Part shown: positions 50,037 to 62,198 of the stretch, piece after piece
How positions within the stretch are numbered: the first letter of the stretch is position 1
Layout: every line of letters begins with the position of its first letter
Assembly: GCF_018350175.1 (NCBI RefSeq)
Contig: NC_058368.1
Span: 97,094,001 to 97,158,000 of the forward strand
Direction of reading: 5' to 3'
DNA: 64,000 nucleotides
Source of the DNA: Felis catus
Lineage: Eukaryota
The notes under the pieces: generated by a model
The model's input: only the letters and a program-made list of their open reading frames with translations
Database searches by the model: none
What the model was told of the DNA's origin: nothing
Program-made: the position numbers and the translations under genes

Positions 50037-51869
50037 CTACATAACTTGTCCAAGCGCCCAAGGACCCATGCTAGGGATACAAACCCAAGCAGAAAGACAC
50101 CAGTGTCTGAGCTTCTGAGTGCTGCACTCCACTATCTTCCAGCCTTAGCCATTTCCTGAGACTTCTAGCACAGTCTACACACCTCCTCTTCTCTAGGCCT
50201 TTTCAGTAGGTAGATGGTTTGGGTACAGATTTTGCCTCTGAACTTCCATCAACAATTTTAATGAAACAAGGGAGAGGTATACAGCCCTTTGTCTTTGGGG
50301 AGTAGATCTCATATTAATAGAATCCCTGCCAACTCCATCTACCTCCCCTTTTGCAAAGTATTTTCAGTGGCATGCCAAGTCAGACATGCAGCAAGCAGTT
50401 AAGACATCCTGAGCTCCCAGATGAAGATCAGAGAGAAAGAAACTGAGATCCACAGAGCAAACCCCCTCTTTGGCTCTCCCAGCTGAAAAGTGGGGCTATT
50501 TTTAAATCTGGTCAAAGACTGTTTGCCCAATTTAAGAAACTAATGTTTAAGAGATCAATTTCTATATAACACACAGGCCAACAAAGTTTTCAAGTTAGGA
50601 TTTTCTTCTACTCTTTGAATAGTGAGCCTAATTTCCACAATATAGAAAGCCAAAAATTGTCCAGTGCTGATTTAAACAACTGTGCGTTCCTAAATATAAT
50701 AACTTGTTTTGACTTTGTTTTCTTTATGCTTCTGCTGTGGGATTCACAGCCACCTCTTCTACTGTAACAGTATTTCCTTTACAAACCTGTCACACTACCT
50801 GACTCTAACCTACTTAGGAAGCCAGAGCACCTGATCTCAGAGCATTTCCCCACCTGCCCCATCCCCAACCCCTTTACTCTCAATTGCCCATGTCATTTCC
50901 AAAAACCACGAAGGGATAAATGGAAACTGTCTTGACCACAGAGGGAAAAAACAAAAAACAAAAAAAACTCGTATCCCCTCCATTTTCTGGCATCTGACTT
51001 TTTTAAGGGGTTCACCTGTCATTAAAGAGTATACCAAGTTCCAGGGCTACCAGGATAATCTGGCCTGGAATTTTTCATTCCACTTCTGGTGTGTTGGTAG
51101 TCAGGATAGGACGTTACTGGAAACCCATCTCAGATCTGTGCTCTCTGTGAAGTAACAGTGTTCGATCATCATGCCTTGCATTTTCACCTCGCCTCTGATT
51201 GTTCTGCTCATGTCAGAAATGTAGCTTTGATGCAGACATTGCACTGGAGAAAAGAGGAAAAGTAGCAGAAAGGAGGGAGCAGGATTAGTAGCTCAAAAGC
51301 TTTGAAAATCTAAATTTCATTGAAATGAAAACACGCCTTATCTACCTTCTTTAGACTTTTCTGATTGTGTTAATTCCAGATGAAAAGTAAGTCAGCCAGT
51401 GTCATTTTTTTTTCACCCACACTGGTGAAGTTTTTCTACAGGGAGCCTGTAAAGAAAAACTGTTTTTCTCCTAGTGTTTCTAGGCAAAGCAAAGCATTGA
51501 AGTACAATCCCACTGAAATCAAAGTGACAGCTAGAAGGCACCCCTAATCACCAGCTCTCTGAGTTCTTTTAGGACTTGAATACAACTGTCAATTATCAAG
51601 GTCTCTTTGTAGACCAGACAAGTAACAATACATGCAAGGTCTAAATCAAACTTGCCCCCCCAAAAAAACACTATCCTTTCACATCTGACAGCACTATCCA
51701 ATTGCAGACCCAAGATCCAATGGTGAACAAAGATATTAAGAAATGTCATCAAAGCAACTACAAAATAAAATATGTCAATAATTATGTTTAATGCAAAGTC
51801 ACATGGCCACAGTTATCATATTTTCTAAATCAAAATGAACATATACCCAACACATGATCAACACAAAAA

Positions 51870-52000
51870 TTACTTCAATAATTCTCTACCGAGTGACTAC
51901 TATGTGCTAGGCACTGTTCTCAGCACCACAGATGAAGTTGTGAACAAAACAGGCAGGGTCCTGCCTTCATGGCAGTTACCTTCTAGTAACACTTAGATAT
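51870..52000 (-). mobile_element. L2 3' end
   Basis: gagtgactactatgtgctaggcactgttct...cctgccttcatgg. Confidence 0.8.
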
Positions 52001-52814
52001 AAAATATAATACTCTATTATCATAAGTGTTATGGGGAAAACGATCACCATTGTCATGATCACTGGAGAGAATCACTTTTAAAGGTCTTATGGAGCATTTT
52101 AAGGATCCTGAGTTCTATTGGGCAAGAAAAGATGGCTTAATGAAATCATTTGGGCATGTCAATTGAACAGAGGACCAGAGAGAGGTAATAAAAATGATCA
52201 GACAAGGAGAAATTGAGTTAAGTCTCTTCCTTACCAAGCCTTCTAGGCCAAGTTATTTCTGTCAGGGGGAATCAGAAAAGAATCACGTGACTTACAAGCT
52301 CCACAAGGGAGATCTTATAAGATAAAACATCACTGTTACATATGGTTTTCAGGCAGCTAGAAGGATGCAGTAAGCAGATATCTGTGATTTTGCTACCTTG
52401 ATATTTAGTGCTATTTGTCTTAAATTTCCTTTTAATGTCTCCCCCTCTCCTGTTGTCTGCTGTGGCTTGTAATCAAAGTAGAAGTAGGGTAGGCAGTTTG
52501 GAATATTATATCACTTGGATGACTTATTATTGGGACAATACAAAGGAAAGGAGAACTGATTTTTCTCTCTTTCTCTGTAAATACATTTGCTAAACATCTT
52601 TACCCATTCTGATGGTTTTATCCATCACCAATGTCTAGCTCCAAATATCTGCATCCAAGTGCATTTTGTAGATGCCACACAACTATTTAGAACTCAGCAG
52701 GGCCAGTAGTGGTCTCATGGTCTCCCCCATGCCCTGAAGACTGCTTCTTTTCATGTATCCTGTATCTCAATGAAGGGCACCACCATCATGTCCCAAGTCA
52801 CCAACCACTCAAGA

Positions 52815-53005
52815 AAAACTGTAACACAAACATGCAGTCACTTTTAACAACACTTGACAACCATAAAAAAGACAATGCTGAAAGAAATTGTAAAAGACAA
52901 AAACAAATAGAAAGACATCCTATATTCATGGATCGGAAGACCTAATATTGTTAAGATGTCTGTACTACCCAAAGTGATCTACAGATTCAATGTAATCCCT
53001 ATCAA
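52815..53005 (+). mobile_element. L1 ORF2 fragment
   Basis: gaaagacatcctatattcatggatcggaagacctaatattgttaagatg...atctacagattcaatgtaatccctatcaa. Confidence 0.88.
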
Positions 53006-55217
53006 CAGGCAGTCATAAAAAGTTTAGAAAGAGCATAAATTAGAGGTCACATTATCAGAAAAGATCTAAAAAAAAAAAAAAGACTAGGAGAATTGATTGG
53101 ATGACAGAAAATGAGCAGGAGTGAAAAATGGCTGCTGATCTTGACATGTGAGCTTCTCTAGCCCTTCTCTTCTGATGTCTGAGTTTGGGGAGGGTTCAGG
53201 TATGGAAAGAGATTAAGGGAGTAGATCTCCACATCTACTTCCTTGCCCCACCCTTATTTAAATCCACTGTCTTTAGCCATGCTATTTTTCGTTTTCATTT
53301 CAAATGACTTTGGTTTTTGTTATCTTCTGAGTTATCACCAAGTCTCTTCAACAAAAATGTAATAATCAATTCTCTGTTCCTAGTTATTTATAAATGTATT
53401 GAAAAATGCAATGCTCAGAATTGACGTGTTCAACATGCACTTCATTTCTCCCTATTTTTTAAACTGAAACCAATGTCCCATCACTAACCACCCAATGAGC
53501 TGTTAAACATTCCAGGCTGCACCTGTTCCACATAATGGGGAGAATGCCATAAAATGCCTTAAGAGAAAATGTACACTTCAGAATGATATAAAATATGGAG
53601 AACAATGGGGAACAAACTCTTCTTACCCCAAGGGAAAAAGACATATAAGACTGCATTGTGCTTCTAGCAGACAACTTAGCAGGACCTGCACAAATGATTT
53701 TGTATTAACAACAAAGAGCTTCCCAAGTATTTCCCTCAGTCCATTGAGCAATATGCCCCAAAGCAACCCTGACCTGGAAGGAGAAGGAAGAAGCTTAGAG
53801 CCAGGGGACCCTTGAATCTCTGCTTTCATGTAGTGTATTCCTTGTAAGTGACCTCTGCTGCTTTGGCTTTATATGTGGGCACTCATCCTTTAAAAGCAAA
53901 TACAATTGTGAAGCATTTTCCTCTGTGTATAGTTAGATAATGAATTCTTCCTGTTGCAAAGTGACCTCAAGAGCCCGAGACCTCATTTCATTTCAATTTG
54001 TGCCAATGAAACGCTTGACAAATTGCTCTTTTTAGACTCATGTATAACTTTGAATTTTATTCCTGAGCATTGCTGCTCTTCTGACAAGGACAAATCAGGC
54101 TGCAGGATTTGTTCCCTATCCTTTGCTGGGCTGGTGATTATAGGACCAGCTGGGTGGGATCACCACTGAATACTGCTCTGTGATGCATTCACTTTGAGTA
54201 CAAGTACTACAAAAATCACAAAGTCCTGGATAGGCTAAAATCACCAAATGGAGTCCAAAGCTTACTTTTAAATAAGTAAGCATGCAGAAAATGCATGCAC
54301 ATGAAGAGTACTGTTTCAAGAGTATTCTTGAAATGTTAGCCATTCCTTACTCTCTAATACAAATAATTTCACGTTTCTAGTGAGACCTTTTGTTCTATGA
54401 GAGACATAAACCAAACAACGTTTCTGCTGGTGCTCTTGGCAAACACTGAAGCTCTCCTGCTGGAATTCTGTCATCCCTTTTTTGAACACAGGTGATAAAC
54501 CAAATTTGCACATTGTTGATCTAAAACCCAAGTCTTTAACCTGAGCATAATGAAATCACGTTAGGAGACATGCCTGTCCAAACACTACAGTAACTGCGCC
54601 AGGGCCGCTTGGAATAGCTGCCATTTGCTCATCTCTCCTCAGCCTGAAATTATTTGAGCTTCACCTGTTCCCATCTCAAATTATCCTATAATTGCCTTTC
54701 ATATTATAGGGTTTGTACCAAAAGTAGCAACTGTACCAACTGGCACCCAGACATCAGGGACACAGAACTGGCTGTTACTTTTTCCTCACCTCATATGCTC
54801 TGATCATTGTTCACAGGATCATCTAAGGAAAGACAAGTTTGCCTTAAATCTCGAAATGTATCAAAGGCATCATCTAGCACGTTCTTCAGAATGAAGTGCT
54901 CCTCAAAGTCACAAAGCTTTCCTTTTAAAAGCTGCCAAGTTGTTGGTTGTCTAGAAAATATACCTGCATAATTTGCTCCTTGCTTTCCAAGGGGAAATAC
55001 CAAAATTATATAATGATCACCATGCATTATTTTGAATATTTCTGCCTAAATTATGTGAAAATCAAAAGCTACTTCCAAACTTCCCAAAATTGACATGGAA
55101 AAATAAACCTCACGCATTATCCTACGGTGGTTGTGGACGCTGTGTCTGTCTCCAAACGAACAAATATTAACACCTACTTTGTTTTCTTCATAAAAGGCTG
55201 TTTAAGAATCAAATTGT

Positions 55218-55393
55218 AGGGGGATAAAATAAGGCACCTGGGTGGCTTAGTTGGTTAAGCACCCAACTTCATCTCAGGTCATGATCTTGAGGTTGGTGGG
55301 TTCAAGCCCTGCATCGGGCTCACTGCTGTCAGCACAGCACAGCCCACTTCAGATCCTCTGTACCCTTCTCTCTCTGCCCCTCCCCTGCCTGTG

Positions 55394-55439
<46 letters not shown>

Positions 55440-55452
55440 ACTAAAATAAACA
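55218..55452 (+). mobile_element. Can-SINE with 16-bp TSD
   Basis: TSD ttaagaatcaaattgt at 55202-55217 and 55453-55468. Confidence 0.95.
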
Positions 55453-55472
55453 TTAAGAATCAAATTGTGCAT

Positions 55473-55615
55473 ATGGGGGGGTGGGTTCAACAGGTGATGG
55501 GGATAAAGGAGTGTACTTGTGATGAGCACTCGGTGTTGTATAGATACAACACTTCTCCTGAAAGAAATATTACACTATATGTTAACTAACTTGAATTTAA
55601 ATAAAATCTTTAAAA
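55473..55615 (+). mobile_element. Carnivore L1 3' end
   Basis: ggtgatggggataaaggag...attacactatatgttaactaacttgaatttaaataaaa. Confidence 0.9.
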
Positions 55616-56674
55616 AAGAATCAAATTTTGAGCATCTTTTCAAATATAAAAAAATGCTTTAAAATCTCATAAAAATGATGTCTGTAATTGTATGTTTATT
55701 ATGTGTAGTCTTTCAAACTGATGGTTGCAGTTCTCAGACCCAGGAAATGGCAGGAACAATTAGCATGGGGTCAACAATCCTCCACCTTGACTCCTTCAAG
55801 TCCCATGACCTGTGGCAAACATTTGGCCTCTCTAAACTTGAATTTCCTCATCTTTAAACATGGGAATAACTGGATTTAATTTCCAATTGTATGGTGGAAC
55901 ACATACCGTGAACAGCCTTCCTAGTGATAATAACAAAAAAATACTGAACAATATATAATAAAAAAAAAATCTTTCAAAATTGATCAATGACCCAGAAAGC
56001 AAAAAAGGACTCTGCAAAGCAGGAAAAAAGAAGTGAAAGTTGGAACCCAGAAAGGTGAGCAGATCTCTGAGGAAATTTTTCATCCTAAGGTCATCAAACT
56101 ACCCCATGACCATAAGCCTGAGTTTTGAAAGAAGAAAAGAAACAGTTCTAGAGCTACCTAGAGCTGTTTAATGGGAGGTAAGTAGTCGGACTCCATAGAC
56201 CTATTTAAGAGTAAAACAGAAATAAACACTCCTTTCAGAATGGGATAGAAAAGAAACTTACCATTCTCTACCTGGACAGTGGTCTCCTCTGTTATTTCGT
56301 AACTACCCACCACCTGCATAGGCTTCTAGCCTGAGTTCTAATACTACTTTTGGGATCAAAAAAACATCAACCTAATTACTTAATTTCCTACGTAAGTAGT
56401 GTCATCAAACATCCACCAAAAACAAACAAAAATCCTTTTTGAAGGGATGTGTATTTTTCTCAGACTACAAAAATAAATAACTCCCATCAAGCAACTTTCT
56501 GAGGGATATAAGCTCACAATCCATCTAATAATATAACAAAACACATGAAAAAACAAGAACTACAAGAAATCAGAGCTATAAATACCTGAATTAAACTAAA
56601 TTTATTCAAACTAAATTAAACTAAAATTATCAAGTTTGGATTATAAAATAAGGATATTTAATAAATTTAAAGAC

Positions 56675-56893
56675 AGGGCCATCTAGGTGGCTCAGTTGCT
56701 TAAGTGTCCAACTCTTGATTTTGGCTCAAGTCATGATCTCACACATTTACAGAATCAAGCCCTGTGTCAGGCTCTGCTTGGGATTCTCTCTCTCCCTCTC
56801 TCTCTTCCCCTTCCTTGCTCATGCACAGCCTCTCTCTCTTTCTCTCTCTCTCTCTCCCTCAAAATAAATATTTAAAAAAACAAATAAAACATG
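56675..56893 (+). mobile_element. Can-SINE
   Basis: TSD tttaataaatttaaag at 56657-56672 and 56894-56909. Confidence 0.94.
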
Positions 56894-57526
56894 TTTAATA
56901 AATTTAAAGCTATAAAATAGAATACCTAAATTAATGAGAAGAAAGTACATATAAAATAAGTGAAACAAATTTGAAAAAATAAAACTTTGAGAATGAAAAT
57001 TTAATTCTTGAAATTTTAAAATCCATGCATGAAAACAATGACAAATTAGACACAGATGAAGAGAGAATTTGCAAACTAGAAGACAAATTTGAAGACACTA
57101 AAACTGCAGAACAAACAGAATAATCCCAAAAAGTAAATTAGACATTAAAAAGCATGGAAGATACAATGAAAAAGTCTACCATATTCTAATAAGATTTCCA
57201 GCAGGAAAGAATGAATGAAGGAGACAAAATACATAAAAAGAGAAAATGCCTTAGAGGCTCCCAAAGTAGAAGTAAGATAATAAATGAGGCTAAGGTAGTG
57301 CAGTGAATGCCCAGAAGGATAAGTTTTTAAAATCCACATTTAGACATACCATAGGGAAATCTGAAGATATTAAAGAGAAATAACATATTGAAACAAGTCA
57401 AAAAGAAAATACAGATTATCTACAAAGAACCTAGCATCAAATTGATGGCAAATCCCTTAATACTAACACTGGAAGCCAGAAGAAAGTAGAACAATATTTT
57501 TAAAATTTTAAAAGAATAGAACTTTA

Positions 57527-57723
57527 GGGGGTGCCTGGGTGGCTCAGTCGGTGAAGCATCCAACTTCAGCCCAGGTCATGATCTCATAATTTGTGGGTTT
57601 GAGCCCAGCATCAGACTCTGTGCTGACAGCTCTTCATATTCTGTGTCTCCTCCCTCTCCGTCCCTCCCTCACTTGTGCTCTCTCTCTCTCCTTCAAAAAT
57701 AAACTTAAAAACAATTTTTTTTT
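57527..57723 (+). mobile_element. Can-SINE
   Basis: gggggtgcctgggtggctcagtcgg... Confidence 0.95.
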
Positions 57724-57740
57724 AAATGAAGAGAACTTCA

Positions 57741-57950
57741 GAGGTGCCTGGTGGCTCAGTTAGTTAAGCATCCAAATCTTGGTTTTAGCTCAGGTCATGA
57801 TCTAACAGTTCATGGGTTCAAGCCCCATGACAGGCTCCATACTGACTATGGAAGCTGCTTGGGATCCTCTCTCTCTCCATCTCTTCCTGCCCTTCCCCTG
57901 CTCATATGCTCTCTCCTTCTCCCAAAATAAATAAATACACTTAAAAAAAA
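57741..57950 (+). mobile_element. Can-SINE
   Basis: gaggtgcctggtggctcag...caaaataaataaatacac. Confidence 0.94.
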
Positions 57951-58700
57951 AAAGAATAGAACTCCAAACTAAGATTGTATAGTAAATCTCCTTTAAAGAA
58001 ATCGATGATAAAATACAGATATTTTCAGACAAACAAAAACTGAGTTTGGCAATACAGACTCTCTCTAAAAGGAAATTCTAAAGGATGTACTTCAGGCAGA
58101 AAAAAAAAAAAAAAAAGGTAGGAAGATCAGAAATTTAAAATGAAACAGTACAGAAAGAACAGGGCACATATGTGGACAAATATCAAAAACTAACATAAAA
58201 TAACAATTTTTATATTTTATTATAATATAAAATAACAATATTATCTAAAATGAAAATAAAAAACTGAATATAGTCCAACAATGGAGTACAAGTCAGATGG
58301 GAGATAACCAAAACTTAAGTATCCTCAGGTTCATGTATTATTCTGGAGGAGAGTAAAGATATTCATTTTAGGCAACAATAAGCATACATATTCCATCTAC
58401 CTACTAAACAAATAGACTGTATAATTTGTGACCTAGAATATAAAGGGGAAAAGTGAAAGAAGGAAAGAGGGTGAATCCAAAGAAGATAAGAAAGGAAGAA
58501 AAAAGAAAAAAAAAGAAATACAGAAAAGCCAAGGCAAACAGAAAGCACAAAGCAAGTTGGTAGAAATAAAAACAGAGCCTCTATGAACACAAAGCCTTTA
58601 CTCAGAACATATTCTCTGACCATGATGTCATTGTGCTAAATATCAACAACAGAGCACTAAAAGGAAAATTTCACAGGTGTGAAAATTTAAAAACACATTT

Positions 58701-58925
58701 AAAAAAAAATTTTTTTTAATGATTATTTATTTTTGAGAGAGAGAGAGAGAGAAAGAAAGAGCAAGCAGGCAAGCAGGTGAGGGGCAGAGAGGAAGACACA
58801 GAATCCAAAGCAGGTTTCAGACTCCGAGCTGTCAGCACAGAGCCGGATGCAGGACTAAAACGCATGAACCGCGAGATCATGACCTAAGCTGAAGTTGGAC
58901 TTAACCGACTGAGCCAAGTGCCCCC
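58701..58925 (-). mobile_element. Can-SINE
   Basis: Poly-T, (GA)n, gagctgtcagcacagagcc, gactgagcca. Confidence 0.94.
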
Positions 58926-59252
58926 AAAACATACTTTTACATAACATGTAAGTTAAAAATAAACCATAAAATGTTAAAATTACTACATATCAAAATATTT
59001 TGTATCAAAATATGTACGATGAAGCTTGGCACTTACAAGGGACTGTATAGCTTCAAGACTTTATATAAGAAAAGAAGAAAAGCTGAAAATTAATGAATTA
59101 ATTAGCATCCAATTAAAGAATTTGGTAAAAAAGAATTCCAACCACACTCCAAAAAACAGATAGAAGAAAAAGTATATCAGATCAGAAATCGACACAATAA
59201 AAAACATAAAATCCACATAGTCAAATTTGGTTTTTTAGAAAAGACATAATGG

Positions 59253-59383
59253 GACGGGGGGATGGGCTAAAAGGGTAAGGGGCACTAAGGAATCTACTCC
59301 TGAAATCATTGTTGCACTATATGCTAACTAACTTGGATGTAAATTTTAAAAAATAAAAAATAAAATTTAAAAAAAAAATAAAT
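59253..59383 (+). mobile_element. Short felid-type L1 3' end with 14-bp TSD
   Basis: aggaatctactcctgaaatcattgttgcactatatgctaactaac; TSD aaaagacataatgg at 59239-59252 and 59384-59397. Confidence 0.9.
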
Positions 59384-60091
59384 AAAAGACATAATGGATA
59401 AATATCTGACACGGTCATCATAAAAAAGAGAGAGAAAGTATAAATAATAGTAACCCAGATGAAAAGGGCAATATAACCCCTGGAAAAATTATAAAACAAT
59501 ACTATAAAAAAGTTTGTGCCCACAAATGTGCAGCCATAGGTAAAACTTCAATTCCTAGAAAAACATGTAGCACACAAAACTGACTCAAAAATATGTGGAA
59601 AATCTGATTTCCCATAAGCATTAAATAAGTCAAATCAGTAGGTTAAAATATCCCAAGAGCATTGCATATAACATCTCATGTCACGAACAAAGAATCCCAC
59701 ATAATGGCTTCATCACTTGCCTGAGGTTAACAGTTATAGTAGCTCCAAAACTAGACTCCAGATATACAGATGCCTACAATGAGTGTTGGGTTAGTGCACT
59801 GCATATGTTTCTTGAGTCTAACCTGGAAGATATTTCTGCCTTCCACCATGTTCATGGGGAAGATTTTCTGAAATGTAACATCAGTATATCCCTACAGGTA
59901 TGGGAAAAGAACAAGAGTGCCCACCTGGAATCTCCAGACAATTATCTATGGTGGACAACACAGAAGAGTGGCTCATTAACCTTGCCTTAGTTGATCAACT
60001 TGAGAAATTTTTCTCAGGTATTTTTTTCTAATTGTGTTCTATTTAAGGAGAATCACTAGGGAAAATCTTTCTCTGTTGGGACCTATTACTT

Positions 60092-60312
60092 AAAAAAAAA
60101 TTTTTTTTAATGTTTATTTATTCTTGAGAGACAGAGAGAGAGACAGAGCAAGAGGAGGGGAGGGGCAGAGAGAGGAGACACAGAATCTGAGGCAGCTCCA
60201 TGCTCTGAGCTTTCAGCACAGAGCCCGAGGCGGGGATCGAACCCATGAACCACGAGATCATGACCTGAGCCAAAATCGGACACACAACCGACTGAGTCAC
60301 CCAGGAGCCCCA
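60092..60312 (-). mobile_element. Can-SINE
   Basis: TSD gggacctattactt at 60078-60091 and 60313-60326. Confidence 0.96.
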
Positions 60313-60747
60313 GGGACCTATTACTTTTAGGGAGGTTTCATAAAGGACACTAAATAATCTAACTATGAAAAAAAAAATCTTCTAAGAAAACACCAGATAG
60401 ATAAATTTACAGCTAAGCTATTTTAAAAATTACATTCTGATATTAACTCTGCCAGATAAAGAAAAAGGGAAAAATTCCCAATTCATTTAATGAGTCTAGA
60501 AAAAACCTCAATGACAAAAGCAGAAAAGGACAGGACGCCTAGGAAATGCTAGGCCAATCTCACTCATAACTGCAGATGATAAAAATCTAAAATAAGAAAA
60601 ATAATTAACAAACAAAATCCATCAATGTATAATGATATGATAATGACAAATTAGAGTTTATCACAGAAATGCAAGGTTGGTTTCATAACAAAAAAAAAAA
60701 AAAACTATAATTCATTACATGAGCAGAGTGAAAGGAAAAAAAAATCC

Positions 60748-61385
60748 TGTTGTTACAAGGTGAATTCCCCAAAAGCAAACACTGCAGCTGAATTTGGGGT
60801 GCTAAATTTTTATTAGAATGACACACCTGTGAAAGGAAAGGAGAAAGGGGAGCCTGGCTGGCTCAGTGAAAGGGGAGCCTGGCTGGCTCAGTGGGTTGAG
60901 CGTCCAATTGTTGATATGGGCTCAGGTCATGATCTCACAGTTCATGGGATAGAGAGCCCCGTGTCGGGCTCTGCACTCAACCTGCTCAAGATTTTCTCTC
61001 TCCCTCTCTCTATTGTTCTCTCTCCCTCTCTCTCTGCCCTCGCTGCTTACTTGCACACTCTCTAAATAAATAAATAAAGGAAGGAAGGAAGGAAGGAAGG
61101 GAAGGAGGAAAAGCAGGAGCGGGCATAGAGACAATTCACACTGCAGCATAGACCCCATAAAATGTTGGCCAACCAGCAGAGTTATCGCACATTGGAGGGA
61201 ACTGGACCTTCTTCCCTCATGTCACTCAGCCACGGGACACAGGCTGCTCTGTAAAGGAGATGACCCTGGGCCAGGAGGCTATATAAAATCTGACTGACAT
61301 AGGTCGTCAGTGTCCCTGCACTTTAGCTAGGGAGCAAGTCCTTCTGTGACGATGGCTCTGGCTGCACTTTTCATGCCTAATGCAC
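60748..61385 (-). mobile_element. LTR16-family ERVL solo LTR split by a SINE
   Basis: ttccccaaaagcaaacactg...tttttattag...acacctgtgaaagg...gcaggagcgggcatagag. Confidence 0.7.
60847..61095 (+). mobile_element. Can-SINE with duplicated head and (GGAA)n tail
   Basis: ggggagcctggctggctcagtg occurs twice. Confidence 0.93.
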
Positions 61386-61969
61386 ACCTCAGTAGATGAA
61401 GAAAAAGACCTTCCATATACTTCAACAATCTCTTTGATATCAAGAAAATTTAATCCAAGCAAGTTGAAGAAAACTTCCTTAACATGATGAAAAGAATCTA
61501 CAAAAGGCCCAGAGGAAAAAAATCATACATAACGACAAAACTGAAAACAATTCCATTAAAATCAAGAATAAGTAACACAAGAATGCCCATTATCACCATT
61601 ATTATTTCCTTTGCCATGATGTGCTGGAGGTCACACATTATGGTACAGAAAATAAATAGATAAGGACTGGAAAAGAAGAAATAATCTGTCTTTATTTAAA
61701 GATAATTTCATTTTCCATGTACAAAACCCAAGAGAATCAGATGAGTCATTAGTTTAGCAAAGTAGCTAGATGGAAATCAATATCTACAATTCTACCATTT
61801 TCCTTTATACACACACAAAAAAAACCATTTAACTACTATGTGTTTTTTAAAGACACCATTTACGATAGCAACAAAAATATAAGGTTCCTAGAAATAAATG
61901 TAATAAAAGATATGTGAGACCTTATATAAGTAAAACTTTATTAAATGAAATTAAAGATCTAAATCAATA

Positions 61970-62198
61970 GGGGTGCCTGGGTAGCTCAGTCGGTTGAGTC
62001 TGACTTGGGCTCAGGTCATGATCTCATGGTCTGTGAGTTTGAGCTCCGCATCAGGCTCTACGCTGACAGCTCAGAGCCTGGAGCTATTTTGGATACTGTG
62101 TCTCCCTCTCGCTCTGCCCCTCCCCTGTTCATGCTCTGTCTCTCTCTGTCTCTCTCTCTCAAAAATAAATAAACATATAAAAAATTTTTTAAATAAAA
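61970..62198 (+). mobile_element. Can-SINE
   Basis: TSD aaagatctaa(a/g)tcaa at 61953-61967 and 62199-62213. Confidence 0.95.
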
